Shown here: one piece after another, positions 26,224-36,515 of the stretch | Position numbering within the stretch: position 1 is the first letter of the stretch | How the letters are laid out: each line of letters begins with the position of its first letter | From: Takakia lepidozioides | Lineage: Eukaryota > Plantae > Bryophyta | DNA length: 64,000 nucleotides | Assembly: GCA_030704615.1 (NCBI GenBank) | Contig: CM060732.1 | Location: 18,538,001-18,602,000, forward strand | Direction: 5' to 3' | Translations under genes and position numbers: made by a program | Notes under the pieces: generated by a model | Told to the model about the DNA's origin: nothing | Database searches by the model: none | The model's input: only the letters and a program-made list of their open reading frames with translations

Positions 26224-27885
26224 GGGGGCAACAAAGAAAAAAAAATGTGGGAAGGGAAGTGACTGAGCAGCAGCAGCTGCTCAGTCACTCCCCCCCCCAC
26301 CTTCTTTTCTTTTCTTTGTTGCCCCCTGATGTCTCCCCTTCTCTCCCTCTCTCTCCCTCTGTTACCTGGGTCTATGGAATTGTTATCCCGACTTCCATAT
26401 TTTTTGTGCTTAAAATCTGGGTTGCAGGAAAAACCGGATGAATTTCATCCTGGTTTCATCCGTTTTACCTTGGCATGTATCTGATTTTTCATTACTACCT
26501 ACGATTTTTCAGTATAGCCTACCTTGATTTCATCCAGCCTATACCATAGCTGTGATGTGTTGAACCTTGGTGTAATTTCCCGATTTTTCTCATCCTACCT
26601 TGATGGAAATTGGAATCTGTCCGCCGGGTTCAAGGCTATGCTGGATGAAATTCATCCAGACAGTGGATGACTGTTGTGGCAAGACAAGGTAAGGTCCCTG
26701 CGCAACCCTATTTCTGCCTCTTGCGTTGAAGGATCGCGCAATGGCGGCATGGAGGAGGAGAAGGTGCTCGAGCTGCAGTTACGTTGAGTTGCCGCTCCTT
26801 GGGTTGTTTAAAGACTCTATGAATGCCGCCGCTATGGATTCATTAAAGAGACAGCGGTTATTTTGAGGTGAGTGAAGGCACTGTCTCATTTGTCTATTTT
26901 TTTGCTGCACAAGGGAACAAAGGCAGTGATGGCGGAGGTACCACCTGCTTGCTTGTGAAGTTTCCCTAGGAGCCCTCCTCTGGATCTTTGATGAATGACG
27001 GCGTCTTGGTAAAACAAGGAAGTCTCTCTCTCCCTCCCTTTATAAACCCTACCTTATGAGACAAAGCTCTTTTTTCTTGTGCTTGGCAAGACTTTGCTTT
27101 GGTTAAGGTAGCAGTGCCGTGGTGTTGGCGGAGACCTCCCTGCACAATTGGGCTTGTGGAGAGATGGCGACCATCCCCCAAACAGTAAAAAAAAGGTTCT
27201 TTTTCTGTTTGTCTTGCTTCCCTGCTTTCTTTGGCATTCTCTGTGCTTAGATTCAAGGGCAATCTGAGGTTTTTATTTGCCAAGATCTCGGTTGTTCAAG
27301 ATGCTTGTGTGTATATGTGTTGAATTTGCAATATGACAGCTGAGTTCACATTCCCTTGACACCTTGTATGATTACATGTCTCGGGGTGATTACAAATGGT
27401 ATGGAATCTGGTCTATCATGCCCAAAGTGGTTTGCTTGGAGGCATGTTTTGATTCTGAAAAATTGTAGGCTAGTCCTTATGCCTTGCTTGATGCATGATA
27501 AGGTAGGCTGCTACTAATTATTTTGTCATACCCAAGATGTTTGCTTAAAGGGCATGTCTTGAATCTGTAATATTGCAGGCTGGTTTCACATACCCAAAAT
27601 GTTTTGCTCTATGCATGTCTTGTTGTAATTGTGATGCCAAGAAATGATATGACAGGCTACAACAATCTGTTTTTTCATAACACGAGATGCTTGCTTATAT
27701 GCTTGTCTTGTTGTCATGACCTGTACATGAACAAACCCTGCCCTGATGTCAATTCATGGGAAGCTATGACAAGAATGGAAATGTTAGATGGTGCCCTGTT
27801 TTGGGCTGTTTATGTCTTTAATTGACAATGACCCTAGTAGGGTCTTGTCCATGTCTTGACATGACATGAATATCTTCCCACTCTC
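26224..27885 (+). mobile_element. Second member of the modular repeat family (hairpin + right arm + tandem repeats + terminal motif)
   Basis: 26290-27256 is a direct repeat of about 23000-24100 (26879-27256 is near-identical to 23724-24100). Ends in gacaatgaccctagtagggtc...aatatcttccc. Confidence 0.65.
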
Positions 27886-30044
27886 TCCTTCTCTCTCCCT
27901 CTGTGGGGTTTTTTTTTTTTCTGTGAGCAGCACAAAAGAGAGGAGAGAGAGAGGGACAGAGAGAGGGAGTGAGAGGGAGAGATCAGGGAAAAAAAGAAAA
28001 AAGAAAAAAAAGAAGGTGGGGGGTGGGGATTGACTGAGCAGCTGCAGTGTTCAGTCACCCCCCCCCCCCCTCCCCCCCACTTTTTTTTTCTTTGTTGCCC
28101 CCACTCTCCCTCTGTCTCCCTCCCTCCTTGGAATTGGCCGGTTGTATCAATGTTTTTTTTCCTGTTTTTCCATCTATACCGGATGAACTCTAAACAGTGT
28201 TTTCACCCGCCCTATAACGATTTTTTATCCATACCGGATGAATTACTTGGGTGGACACTAAATTACCTCCAAATTGGGTCTATGATTTTTTCATTCCTCT
28301 TTTATTGACTTTCATCCATACCAGATGAGTCACCAGAGAATGAGGAATTACCTCTGTAGGGGTTGACACTGGCATCCTATATATAAATTTTTCCATCCAT
28401 ATCGGATGAAAAATATCAGGATATTAATTCGTTTATTCCTCTTTTATGGTTTTTTCCGTACTGGATGAGGCATGTTTTTGGGGATGTTGAATTACCTGTT
28501 AGGATGTGCAACCGTTGCCTTGGATGTTATGTACTGTTTTTCCATCCTACTGACGAACCTTCTCCAACGGATGAACTTATTGACTTTTTCATCTGAACCG
28601 GATGAAATATGCTGCCTATGATGGCCTTGGAGTGATGATTAATTACCCTTAATTATGGCTAATTAAGGAGTGAAACCCTAACCCCTACCCTATAACCTAT
28701 TGTTTAAACCTAGCTAACGGATGACATCCGTCGGGTTTCGAAAAATGTGGTGTTGATTACTCATCCTGTATGGATGAAAAATCGGGCAGAGCCCTAGGGT
28801 GTCTCTCCCGCCGTCAGAAGCACTCCTCGTGCTTCTGAGCTCGCGGGATGAGAGTTATGGCGTCTGCGTTTTGCTGTTATCATGTCTGCTGCATCGTACC
28901 CATGCTGGACGAGCTCCTGGGGATGCGCAATGGCGGGCGTTTTGTCTCTTCTCACAGGCAGGAGACAATGCTGTGAATGCATCGTCTCTTTCCCTCCTCT
29001 GGATTTTATTTTTCGCAGCGGCGCTTGTGTTGGGAAGTATCTCTCTCTCCCTTCTTAAACCTATCAAGGGTGCTTGTATGCTTCACTTCTCCTTAGCTGT
29101 GCTGGAGGTGGCTTGCTGGTGGCAATGGCGCACAGTTATCTTCCCCAATCGCTCGAGGTGCTTTTGGTGATTAGGGTTCCTTTTACTTTATGTCTTTCTC
29201 TCTTGCTTTTGAGGTTCTTAGTTGACATCGATGACAACTGTAGGGGTCTGTGATTCACCTGGGGTTCCACAATCCTCACTAACCTGTTGGTTTTTGTGGG
29301 GCTTGTGATGGGACCAGGTGAGGATCCCTACTTGCTTTGAATTCTCTTGAGCTTGCAGATAAGGATGTGGCAAGGGAACCTATTCTGTATGACTTGGCTG
29401 CTGCCTGCAGCCCCGATTTCGGCCCGCTTGCTCCTGGTTTGGCATGCTGATGCTTACTTTTGACTTATGTTTTGCTGCCTTTGATGGAGCACCTCGGCCT
29501 GGCAGGCTTGTCTCTCGAAGCCCAACATCTGGACCTTACCTTGTCGTGAATCTTTGACAGCATTGCCTGTAGATTTTTAAATTAGGTACAGTTTTGGCCT
29601 TAAAAGAGGAATGATGATTTATGGGTAAAGGCATTAGTGGCTGTTAGGTTCTAAGGAAGAGGAGGCCCTGTTTTTAAAGATGGCAGCCTGATAAGGCAAT
29701 GACAGGCCTCTTTCAGGCCTGGATTTGATGTGGAATGGAGCATAGTGAGGTTTTATTTGCATAACATGGCATTAGCCTGCTGGAAAACAATGGTGGTAAG
29801 CTCTACTGGACTTTTGCCAGTGATTATTTGCCTTATTTTGCCATCAGACCAGCCACCTACAATGTATGATTTATTTTTTGGCCAAGTGGGCTTGGTCTCG
29901 GGCACTCAAAGTGTATGTGTGTCCTTATCTTGAAGCTGGAACATGGCAAGCATTTCTTCCATGCCAAAATGCCTTACATGATGTTTGTCTTGGGGCAACT
30001 ATACATGGTATAGAATGAAGTTGCAGTCTGTGTTGTCATGCCCA

Positions 30045-30750
30045 TGTCGTGCGCATACATATCGCTACACAACTACATCGCTGTCCAAAACCACACAACA
30101 CATGTGCACACCACACACTAGTATACCACTAGTCTACCACTAGTCCAACCACTAGTCCAACCACTAGGCTACAACTAGTCAGTCACTAGGCTGCCACTAC
30201 GCTGCCCACTATGGCAGTCACTAGTCCACACAATGATAAAGAAGAAGAATACAAGCACAAGCTCATGCGAGCTCACAAAGCTGAAGCATAAACTCATGCA
30301 TATATAACCTCATCACTCAAATACAAGTCAAGCCAAGTGCACCCCACGCCATGGGGAATCCACACTACGGCGCCATAGCTAGGCGCGGTGAGGCTCAACT
30401 CGAGAAAGATGAGCCTCCCGCGCTTGCCGTGAAGATAACCACTCCAGGGCCTAAATCTGCCTTGACCCCTGGATTGACACTTGGGCCAATCCCAAATGTC
30501 AATATGTAAAAGCTAGCTATTTCCTAGCTAGTTTCACACTAGTGGTAAAATAACTTGACAGCTGTCGTGCGCATACATATCGCTACACAACTACATCGCT
30601 GTCCAAAACCACACAACACATGTGCACACCACACACTAGTATACCACTAGTCTACCACTAGTCCAGCCACTAGTCCAACCACTAGGCTACAACTAGTCAG
30701 TCACTAGGCTGCCACTACGCTGCCCACTATGGCAGTCACTAGTCCACACA
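30045..30750 (-). repeat. 3' terminal block Y1-gc-X2-t-Y2 (element orientation)
   Basis: By eye, Y1 and Y2 differ at 1 of 188 positions and X1 and X2 at 2 of 327. The Y/X junction is the palindrome GACAGCTGTC at 30557-30566. Confidence 0.92.
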
Positions 30751-31010
30751 ATCGCCCCCCTAGCTGGTGCTTAGGTCCCTCTAAGTCCAGGTAGCCACAA
30801 GATGTGATAGTGACCATAGCCTCACTAAGTCCTCCACCACTATCCCTACTACACTCAAACTCGATAGATCAAGAGGCCGGGTGCAAGAGTTGCCCCATCG
30901 TTAGTCGCCGTCTTGCAACCTGTGAACTTGAGCTTGGGATCTCATGTATTGACTCCTATGAGCTTGGCCTCCCATGTCTTGTTAGCTGCCTCCAGTCATG
31001 TCCACTGCCA

Positions 31011-33221
31011 CTATCCCAAGCAGTGTGGACACAACCAATCTCCGTCAGGAACCTTCTCAAGAGGTGGTGTCAAGCATCCCATATGCCAACCCCTTGAGCA
31101 TCGATCACACACCAGCATGGTGGCTGCCCCTTTGGCAGACCCACAGAGCATGCACCTCAAACCTGCAGGTACCACTGCCAAGTTTGGGTCAACTCTGCCA
31201 TCGACATTGGGAAGGTGACATGGCGCACAATTACGCACATGGTCTTTCCAAGTCATGCCATCCCGACCCTCCAAGATCAGGACCCCTGAGGGCAACACCT
31301 CTCGAACCCTCAGAATAACACGCCCTGCAGTAACATCCAGAGTCGTAGGAGCAGTCTGCTGCAAATAAACATAGTCACCAGGGCTAAACCTCCGAACCCC
31401 AGGACGATATCCTCCACCACGTATAGTGGCATACCTCAACGTATCACGGTGCTGTGCAATGGCAAGGTTCTCAAAAGCCATGGGCATGACTTTCTTGAAC
31501 AACTCTGCACGCTGATCACATGCACGTACCCACACGTCCGGATCGTCAAGGTTAAGGACTTGAGCAGTGTCCCTACGAATGGCTGCAGGCAAATCCGGCT
31601 CTCGGCCAAAGAGAAGGAAATATGGTGAGAAGGAGGCAAGTGATGCTTGTTTGCTGAACCTGTAGCCCATGGCTAACCAAGGAACCTGAAGATCCCAATC
31701 TCCTAGGTGTCCCTTCTGCAAGCCATACTTGCGCAAACCCCTCTTCACCGTCTGAACAACTCTCTCTGCTAAGCCATCGGCCTCAGGATGATCCCGAGAA
31801 GTGGTGCGGTGGTCTATCAAGGCTTTATCACACAAAGCCTGAAACTCCCCCAAGAACTCTCTCCCTTGGTCCGTGAGTACCTCAGCTGGAGCACCAAATC
31901 GGCTAAGCACACGATCCAAGAATGCATACGCAGCCCCCTCACTAGCCTTGTCAGGCAATGGAACCAACTCAATCCACTTGGAGAAGTGCTCCACCATCAC
32001 CAACACATATCTGTGGTGGCGCATAGTCAGTGGCAACGGTCCTGCGAAGTCAAGACTCCACCTGTAGCCCAATCCCATGATTGGTAAAGGATGCAACTGT
32101 GGTGTAGGGGCGTTGAATGAAGCACGCACCCTGTCACACACCATGCACCTAGCCACAAACTGTTGCACCTCTGTATGCATACCACGCCACCAATACTGCC
32201 CCTGCAGTAAACTGTGAGTGCGTCGCACTCCAAAATGCCCCAACTCCTCATGGGCATGCCGCACTAACCGTGCACGCTGTGTGGGGTGAGGCACAATCCT
32301 CACCCGACCATCCTCCCACACTCGAAGTAGGTGTATCCCCTCCCACTTGAACCTCTTGGCTCGTTGCAGGATCCGATCCCTCTCCCTGGCAGTCACAATG
32401 GCTGCCGTGTCTCCCGTGCGGAGGTAGTCCAACACAGCCGAATCCTCATGTATATCTCTGGCACCACCTAGCTCATCACTAGCCTCAGGGTCCTCAGACA
32501 CTCCGTCTACAGTCATCCCTGTTGTAGGTCCAATCTGACCTCCCGATGCCAAGATACACAAAAATGCAGATGCGTGCCATCCCGGCACCATCTCCTCGTC
32601 CGTCTCACCATGCCACCGAGCTCCAGTGTCATCCTGCTGGCTCATGCATGGATTGCGACTCAATCCATCCGCATCCCGATTGACCAAACCCGGTCGATGC
32701 ACAACCTGAAAGTCATACTCCTGGAGTATAAGTGCCCACCGTGCAAGCTTCCCCGTAAGCTTGTCTGACTCCATCAACCACTTGAGTGGCTGGTGATCCG
32801 TGACAAGGGTGAAAAGATTGCCGTATAGATAGCACCTGAAGTGTGCCACGGCCCACACTGCAGCTAAGCACTCTCCCTCATATGAGCTGTACTTAGCCTC
32901 TGCAGCGTTGTTCGAGCGGCTAGCGTAAGCCACTACGAACTCTCTTCCCTCATCATCCACCTGTGTGAGCACCGCTCCAAGCCCCAGCATGCTCCAATCC
33001 GTATGCAGCTGAAAGGGACGCCCCCTGATAGGTCGTCTCAAGATAGGCGCCGAGGTCAACCTCGCCTTGAGCTCTTGAAAAGCTCGTTCCTGCTCATCTT
33101 CCCACTGCCACTCCTGGTCCACCTTGGTCAGCTTGGTTAGAGCCTTTGCAATGGTACTAAATCCCTTGACAAACCGTCTATAATAGTTTGCCAACCCCAT
33201 GAAAGCTCGAACTCGGCTCAC
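31011..33221 (-). CDS. pol segment: RT connection, RNase H, DDE integrase, C-terminal PHD finger
   Basis: RNase H: LHTDWSMLGLGAVL, YEGECLAAVWAV, LVTDHQPL. Integrase: HEELGH..CMVC, WSLDFAGP, VLTDQGREF, GLAERVV. PHD (C4HC3): CMLC..MLVCDRCSRGWHMGCLTPPL..VPDGDWLCPHC. Confidence 0.92.
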   Translation of the reverse strand: MSRVRAFMGLANYYRRFVKGFSTIAKALTKLTKVDQEWQWEDEQERAFQELKARLTSAPILRRPIRGRPFQLHTDWSMLGLGAVLTQVDDEGREFVVAYASRSNNAAEAKYSSYEGECLAAVWAVAHFRCYLYGNLFTLVTDHQPLKWLMESDKLTGKLARWALILQEYDFQVVHRPGLVNRDADGLSRNPCMSQQDDTGARWHGETDEEMVPGWHASAFLCILASGGQIGPTTGMTVDGVSEDPEASDELGGARDIHEDSAVLDYLRTGDTAAIVTARERDRILQRAKRFKWEGIHLLRVWEDGRVRIVPHPTQRARLVRHAHEELGHFGVRRTHSLLQGQYWWRGMHTEVQQFVARCMVCDRVRASFNAPTPQLHPLPIMGLGYRWSLDFAGPLPLTMRHHRYVLVMVEHFSKWIELVPLPDKASEGAAYAFLDRVLSRFGAPAEVLTDQGREFLGEFQALCDKALIDHRTTSRDHPEADGLAERVVQTVKRGLRKYGLQKGHLGDWDLQVPWLAMGYRFSKQASLASFSPYFLLFGREPDLPAAIRRDTAQVLNLDDPDVWVRACDQRAELFKKVMPMAFENLAIAQHRDTLRYATIRGGGYRPGVRRFSPGDYVYLQQTAPTTLDVTAGRVILRVREVLPSGVLILEGRDGMTWKDHVRNCAPCHLPNVDGRVDPNLAVVPAGLRCMLCGSAKGAATMLVCDRCSRGWHMGCLTPPLEKVPDGDWLCPHCLG

Positions 33222-33253
33222 ATCCGTGGGGCGTGGAATTTGTGCAATGGCCT

Positions 33254-34030
33254 CTACCTTAGTCTGCTGTACCCCAATCCTCCAGGATATATCATGTGAC
33301 CCAGATACTCAATCTGGTTGTGGAAAAACTTGCACTTCCCCGGATGCAACTTCAATCCGTGCGCTCTCAAGCGCTCCAATACCACCTGAAGGTGTCTCTC
33401 ATGCTCCTCCATCGTAACACTAAAGATGATGATGTCATCTATGTAGCACCGAGCAAAGTCCACCCCTGCTAGAATCCTATCCATGACTCTCTGAAACTCT
33501 GCAGGAGCATTCTTAAGCCCAAATGGTAAGAACCGCCACTGATATAGGCAATCCTTGCCGTGCTCATTGATCCCCCAGAATGCCGTCTTCTGCTTGTCCG
33601 CCTCCTTGATTGGCAACTGGTGATATCCGGATCGTAAATCCAAAGTGCTAAAGGCCTTAGCATGCCCGATGGCATCAAAGATCTCCTCTGGTGTTGGCAT
33701 GGCATACTTATCGGACTTGGTCTGACGATTTACAGGCCGGTAATCACCGCACATACGTCTCTCCGTCCAATTGCCATAGACATCCTTCTTGGCTGGCATC
33801 ACTGTGGCTGAAGCATACTCTCCACCAGAGAGCTCCACCAAACCTGCCTCCCAGAGATCTTGAGTCCTCATCTGAATCAAAGACCTCTCCATGTCACTGT
33901 ATCTATAGGGTCTCCGAAAGATTGGCGTGTCAGTGGCCAACTCAATACGGATCTCTTGACCCTTCAGTGCTCCCAAGTCCTTCAAACTGAAGGCAAAGCA
34001 ATTCCTGTAAGCCCTCAGGAACCGCCGTAT
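33254..34030 (-). CDS. pol segment: Gypsy-type reverse transcriptase
   Basis: [53 protein letters not shown]. Frameshift into the next segment at about 33260. Confidence 0.93.
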   Translation of the reverse strand: MRRFLRAYRNCFAFSLKDLGALKGQEIRIELATDTPIFRRPYRYSDMERSLIQMRTQDLWEAGLVELSGGEYASATVMPAKKDVYGNWTERRMCGDYRPVNRQTKSDKYAMPTPEEIFDAIGHAKAFSTLDLRSGYHQLPIKEADKQKTAFWGINEHGKDCLYQWRFLPFGLKNAPAEFQRVMDRILAGVDFARCYIDDIIIFSVTMEEHERHLQVVLERLRAHGLKLHPGKCKFFHNQIEYLGHMIYPGGLGYSRLR

Positions 34031-34144
34031 ACGTCGTCTCTCTCCTCCGGTGACAATGGGTCCAATGTCAGGCTCCCAATTGTCCTCCGTAACTGCAACC
34101 TTAAGTCCAGTGGGCTTAGAGGTAGAGGACGCGTCCCGTGGTTG

Positions 34145-35443
34145 CTATGTTGCAACCTCTTGAGCAGTACTCCCTGCCTGCTCAGTCAATGACAAGGCCT
34201 CATCCTGCCCCATCATCTCATCCTTGAGGACCTCCTCAACCCGAGAAGAATCCCCAACCTCATCCATCACAGCCGCCTTGGCTGCCAACTCCCTCTGAAC
34301 CTCGAGCACCTCCCACGTGTGCCATGGATGCATGCACCCCGTGGTCCTCACATGCTCGCCCCCACTCACTGCCTGTACCGTCTCGGTAGGCAGAGAGACC
34401 ATTGAGGGAAGTGTACTCCGCACTCTGCGTTGCTCAGCCAGAGCCAAGCTGATAATCCAGGTCAAGCAATTGAGATCCATTGCTTGCCCCAACACTTGAC
34501 GACGTGATGCCTCAGAAAGAGACGACACCGCCGTGGTACCAGTGGTAAAACCCATTGCCCGCTCACGCTCGTCAGCATTAGGCTCCACTAACTGCTGCAA
34601 CTGAGCATCCCACAGGAGGCCAGGTCCACTATCCCGGAAAGCATGCGATCCTGGGAAGCTGAGCAGTGTAGGTAATGCTGCTCGTGGTTGACCCACCTTG
34701 TTGACCACTGCCAAAGGCGAACGGTCATCGTGTCTCACACGTTGAGACTGCCTCCCTGTGTCCAGAATGTTATCCACTGTGAGATGTGCTGGCCGCTGCA
34801 CCCCATCAAATGCACGCTTGAGCAGTGCGGGTGGCATCAAGTTAGTCCACCATAGCCGTGGACGATGAGCCCGTGACCCCACTGTAGCTGCATCTAGCAA
34901 CACTGCTGACCCAAGCCACGACCGGACTTGATGCACACTGGCCATCACCCTGGCCCGAGAATCGCCCATCAGTGGCACATTCTCCAAGATGTATGCTGGA
35001 GATACAGCTTGATGAAGCTGCAAGTGGCGCAAAACCCGCACCATCTCCCAAAACAGACCCGACCTCGAGTCTCGCAATCCATTGCCATGCCCGGCTGATG
35101 AATGCCCTTGGCAGGGCCAACCTGCCACTACCAGATCAATGGAGCCAACCCGCTCCAAATCCTGCGCCCCCAGCAACGAAATGTCTGCTGGCAAGGCCTG
35201 CTGATATCCACGAATTGCAGACACCGACAACAACTCAGGGTACCGCTGCACCAACTGAGCAACATGGCGAAGTGAAACGCGTCGTGCAGTCTCATCCCTC
35301 TCCACATACAGGTAACGCCGAACTCGTACACCTGCCTGTAACACAGCAGCCAATCCGGTGCTGATCCCGCCAAACAAGTCCAGAAGACAAATGCCTTCAT
35401 CCGGATACTGCCACACAATAGGTGTGGTGTCCAATGGAGACAA
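34145..35443 (-). CDS. pol segment: C5-cytosine DNA methyltransferase domain (about 35395-34450)
   Basis: Motif I LLDLFGGISTG, II YVERD, III ADI, IV DLVVAGWPCQGHS (catalytic PC), V GLRDSRSGLF, VI YILENV, VIII AHRPRLWWTN, IX ERERAMGF, X RRQVLGQAM. Confidence 0.92.
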   Translation of the reverse strand: MSPLDTTPIVWQYPDEGICLLDLFGGISTGLAAVLQAGVRVRRYLYVERDETARRVSLRHVAQLVQRYPELLSVSAIRGYQQALPADISLLGAQDLERVGSIDLVVAGWPCQGHSSAGHGNGLRDSRSGLFWEMVRVLRHLQLHQAVSPAYILENVPLMGDSRARVMASVHQVRSWLGSAVLLDAATVGSRAHRPRLWWTNLMPPALLKRAFDGVQRPAHLTVDNILDTGRQSQRVRHDDRSPLAVVNKVGQPRAALPTLLSFPGSHAFRDSGPGLLWDAQLQQLVEPNADERERAMGFTTGTTAVSSLSEASRRQVLGQAMDLNCLTWIISLALAEQRRVRSTLPSMVSLPTETVQAVSGGEHVRTTGCMHPWHTWEVLEVQRELAAKAAVMDEVGDSSRVEEVLKDEMMGQDEALSLTEQAGSTAQEVAT

Positions 35444-35444
35444 T

Positions 35445-36477
35445 TGAGGTGGTCCTGGTGCAATCCCACACTCTCCTCCTCTCCTGACGGTACAAAAGCC
35501 TCCACCCAGGCTTGTTGCACCCGTCGATCAGCATCCCGCTGCAAATCCTTGCTCGTGCCCCACAATGGAGTCTGAGCAACCATGGTAGGCAACTCCGCCA
35601 TACCATACATGTCATCCTGCTCTCCCGGAGGTGGTACATCCTCTGAATGAGCATTGCCCTCAAGCAACTCTCTAGGCCAACTCACTGCCGCTGTGAATGC
35701 TGCTAGTGTCGGCATCTTGCCTCGCTGGGCAACCGCAACTCCTCCTATGAACGTCACAGGGAGCTGCACACGCCGGCCCTCCCCTGACTGCCATGCAGGC
35801 CTATAGGAAGCTGACTCCTCCCAAAAATCCAGGGTGAAGCCCATGGGGTACAACACTGCCCCACCAACCAGGACATCGTATGAGACTGCGTCTGTCACAA
35901 TGGCCTTGGCTCGCATCACTGAGCCATCTGTAGGGTGATCCGGCCGTAGTCTGATAGCCAACTCACGCCGTGTCATGCCCCGAGCCTGCTCCGATCCTCC
36001 CAGAGACGTCTGTATCTGGAAAGGACAAGGCTCCATATCCGCCTCCGTGAGGCCCAAGCCTGCAATAGCAGCTCTGCCCAGCATCAATGGCTGAGCTCCC
36101 GAGTCCAACAAGACCCGCAGTGGCCGGTACCTCTTGCCTGCCGGTCCACTCAAACAGAAAATGCCATCCTGGTTGTCTAACATGACAACTCCAGGTGTCA
36201 CCATGGCGCGCTCAATGGCTGGCCTAGCTGGCAGCTCCATCAACCTGGCAGCTGCAGCTTGCCATGGCGCCGCCGTGGCAGTCTTGACCCTCAAATCCGA
36301 GGATCCCTCCGGCACTACACCTCCCACTATCTCCGCAGAAGATGAAGTAACCTCCCCACTCTCACAGAGTGTAGCTGCCAGCCTGAACACCTCAGCTGGT
36401 CTTACCCCCGGCGTCGCAATCATGGTAGCCGAGAACAATGGAGCCTGGCACACAGATGTGGCCGCTCCTAGCAGCAC
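35445..36477 (-). CDS. pol segment: aspartic protease
   Basis: RVLLDSGAQPLML and YDVLVGGAVL (D-S-G and ILG-like motifs). Frameshifts into the DNMT frame at about 35445. Confidence 0.8.
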
Positions 36478-36515
36478 ACTAGCTGCCGTAGCCTTGGCAA
36501 CACTAGGTAGTGGTG

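Noticed and set aside
34145-35443. Host DNMT3/DRM gene or bacterial restriction-modification contaminant
   Set aside because: It is intronless, embedded between PR and RT inside TSD-bounded repeats, lacks host accessory domains and has canonical (non-permuted) motif order.
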